Assembly: GCA_904063045.1 (NCBI GenBank)
Contig: CAJFCJ010000022.1
Span: 496,001-560,000 of the forward strand
Source of the DNA: Dimorphilus gyrociliatus
Taxonomy: Eukaryota > Animalia > Annelida
Reading direction: 5' to 3'
DNA length: 64,000 bases
Made by a program: the position numbers and the translations under genes. The notes below the pieces were generated by a model, which was not told the DNA's origin, did not search any database, and saw only the letters and a program-made list of their open reading frames with translations. Of this stretch, positions 61,049-64,000 are shown in pieces; the stretch's first letter is position 1; every line of letters starts with the position of its first letter.

Positions 61049-64000
61049 ATGAACGCGAAAAATCTCTCCCTCGTTATTTTCTTCGTTCAAATGTATTCCT
61101 CTCACCATTTTTTAATGTCGACAACTACAATGAAATTACATCAAATTCCTCATATTTACGATTTAAACGTTCAAGTTCCGTCATCTCAAGTTGACCTGTG
61201 GAAAGAGGTTTTTGTTTTTTATTTTATGTTAATTGAATAAAAGAAGGAGATAAAAACTTTCCTTTATTAGATTCATATAAATACAAGTGGTATTGTGGTA
61301 ATTGATGAAGTAAACCCAGCAGAGTTTCCTTTGTATACGAATAAGATTGTGATTGTGACAAAATATTTGGGAGGAAGTCAATTAACGTTCATTGAAGATA
61401 CTAGAATTCATGCAAAAGCTTTAGTTATTACCATACCAAGTTAATATTTTCAATATTATGATGATATTCGTAAATTTTAGACTAGTCCTACAATGAAATC
61501 TTTTACTTTCTTTACAGTTCCTAGTCTATTTTATGATCCAATCTATGAATTGATTCCTGTTGCTTTTGCTAATCCATCTTCTATAAATTTTACTTCAGAG
61601 GTAAAGATGATAATGTTAAGTTTAACGCAAGATTTACCTCTAGACGGAGGATCGAAGAATTTTATGCAGACTATAATGAATGGGTAAGAAAAATGAAAGA
61701 ATATTTCAGAACAACTTCATTCTACTAATAATGATAATTTTCATTGATAATTAGAGGAGCTTTTAATCAAATAATTGATGGAAATTATTCAACTTGTTCT
61801 ACACCTTTGCAGTACATTTCAGTTATTTTGCCAAGTACTAAAATGTGGGTAGGAAAGGTAACAGTCTGTACAACGGAACAAAGTAAATTACATATAGACT
61901 CATAGCTATGTATCTTATTTATTGAATAATAATTGAAATATTTATGAAAACTAGATGTTCACTTGAATGTTTCATTCTATTCACCCAATGGACCAAGTTG
62001 TAATTATACTGGAACTTCACCTGCACATGTTGGATGCCAGATATTTTCGTGTTATATCCTTAGGTATAACTCTCATTACACGAAACTCTATGTAAACTCA
62101 TTGAATCACTATGTGCACTTATGTGAACTGGAAGTAACAATGCTTAATATGGCTATAGGAACAACAGTTACGGCCAAGATAAATGGTTCGACAGTATCAA
62201 TACCGTATTATAGAGATCTAAATATTATAGTGGAGAAGTGTATAACAACTAATTTTAAACTTGGTCGCGATGTTTTCGTTCAAATTCTAATGACGAGAAT
62301 CGATTGTAAGCGTTTCTTTTTATTTATTAATTTAATTATATATTCACTGGTTTATTCATTTAATTATTTTTCGCTTTAAAGGTTCTGGAAGTCTTTGTTC
62401 TGGACATTTTCGGTTTAGGGCAATTATGGATAAGGGGGAAAAAAACTACTGTCCTTCACTTACAACCAAACCAAATAGTCTCGAATGGATTGTTTGGCCG
62501 TGTTTCGGAATTACTTCTCACATTATTTTAGTTAACGATTTAACTACTACACGCATAATTAGTATAGAGATTTATGGATCGGAGGTATCTACTTCTACAG
62601 CTCTACTTAACCTGCTACCTTCGACAGATTGCTCTATTATGGGTGCAAATTCAAATATAATATGCGGACAATTCTCCTATTGGACTAGTAAATCAGAAGA
62701 TAGTGCGCCAAACAATTACAATCCATTCCTAATATTGGACGATAGTCATACTACTTGTATAAGTAGCGAGATATTTAAGAATTTCTCGTGGATTTCCATA
62801 CTTCCCGGTCAATACGATCTGGAGAAGCTTGTTATAATCACTAATTCAACACCTCCTCTACTAACGATACCAGTCAATTTCACATTTTGCGATGACAATG
62901 GACTAGTTGAAGTTATTACAGAAAATATTAAATTTGGCGAAGGGTTATACACCTGTACATTTAATCTATCATTGTCCATTAAGCCGTCAAGTTTAAATAT
63001 AACAATAGACGAAGGATATTATGGAGAATTTTGCGAGTTTCAACTCTATGGATCAAAGATATCCTCGTCTAAAAATGCAATATCAGTATCGAATTTTCAA
63101 ATGTCTCTTAGCAATTCTTATAATTGTACAAGCCCTGGAGAAAAGCTGGAAGATTTTATCTGGCTTCCCTCTAGTGAATATTGTTATTCTATATACGGTA
63201 GAGTTAATGGTAAACCGTGGGTTAGAGTAAAATTTACTTATAGCTACCTAATAGAAACTGTACTAATATCGCATATGGACAACATATCGAGTGTAGATAT
63301 TGGTTTGGTGGGAACATGGAGAGGTGTTGAGTATTTAACGGAAAATGAATATCCTTTCAAAAGTCAGAGGAGGATCTGCGCTACTGAAATCAATTTGAAT
63401 AGGTTCAGTGAAAGGATTAACTGTCTTGAGAACGCTTATGGAAATTATTTATATGTTGGGTCGTTAAACTATAAAGCCACAATTAGAATATGCGAGTTAG
63501 GCTTTTTTGGCTATAGATTCGATTATCTTGAGAATGAACATCTATTACGAATGGTTGATAAAGTGTCGACCAGCTCATTAATACATTTTGATGGAAATTC
63601 AAATGTTACTTCCCTGTCAATTTCACCAATGTTTAATGGAGAAGGTGAATTGATTATTTACGGCCTACCTAGGAATTATCCTATTCAATTCCTAAACGAG
63701 TCTAACATTCTGTTGCGTTTAAATGAACCATTCGTAAAGAATAACGATATACTTTATGACGTTCAGCAAAGTTCAATAGAAAGTTTACTTTTCGAAGGAG
63801 ATTTTACAGCAGAGCTATTTGTAAGAATTTTTGGAATTTTTAAAAGAGGAGGTTGACATTGATACATATATATATATTTAAATTCGATATTCTTTTACTT
63901 TATTTATCGTTTCAGTCTACTCTAAACCTATTGTGAACGATGCTAAACTCTATCAAGGAACCTCAAAACTATTTAACACTTTTCAATTGTGCAGTAGCGA
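61049..64000 (+). CDS. Secreted multi-domain F5/8 type C / fucolectin-like protein (paralog 2), 3'-truncated by window end
   Basis: Exons 61049-61207, 61271-61439, 61518-61683, 61755-61882, 61955-62305, 62382-63851, 63916->64000. Intron phases (0,1,2,1,1,1) are the same as paralog 1. Shared motifs: HQ(L/I)P..WK, exon-2 start IHIN, IDGNYSTC, YNPF.I(L/I)DD..TC, PW, RGVEYL, ICE..FG, RIFG.F.RG. Confidence 0.85.

Noticed and set aside
1-64000. tRNA, rRNA, CRISPR arrays, prokaryotic operons or intact transposase/RT ORFs
   Set aside because: None recognised; the window is intron-containing eukaryotic DNA and all long ORFs are explained by host genes.

Overview
AT-rich metazoan genomic DNA (roughly 30% GC by eye) with mostly tiny GT-AG introns (47-100 nt). 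This suggests a compact invertebrate genome, probably lophotrochozoan such as a meiofaunal annelid; the taxon is inference. Splicing the exons by hand gives nine protein-coding genes: a 5'-truncated clan-2-like cytochrome P450 (+), a divergent profilin (-), two single-coding-exon FMRFamide/peptide-receptor-like class A GPCRs (-), a 15-exon prolyl 3-hydroxylase (leprecan family, -), a GPI-type ephrin (+) with a 19.8-kb first intron, two paralogous secreted multi-F5/8C(fucolectin-like)+PAN proteins (+; the second is cut by the window end), and a small unrecognised Cys-doublet gene (+) that the ORF track does not show. The main finding is the P3H: it carries a tandem internal duplication of the 2OG-Fe(II) dioxygenase module with matching intron positions and phases. 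Copy 1 has lost the HxD iron ligands, copy 2 is intact, and there is no KDEL. P3H sits head-to-head with ephrin. No tRNA, rRNA, CRISPR array or intact transposon was recognised. All exon models and motif counts were made by eye, with no database searches.
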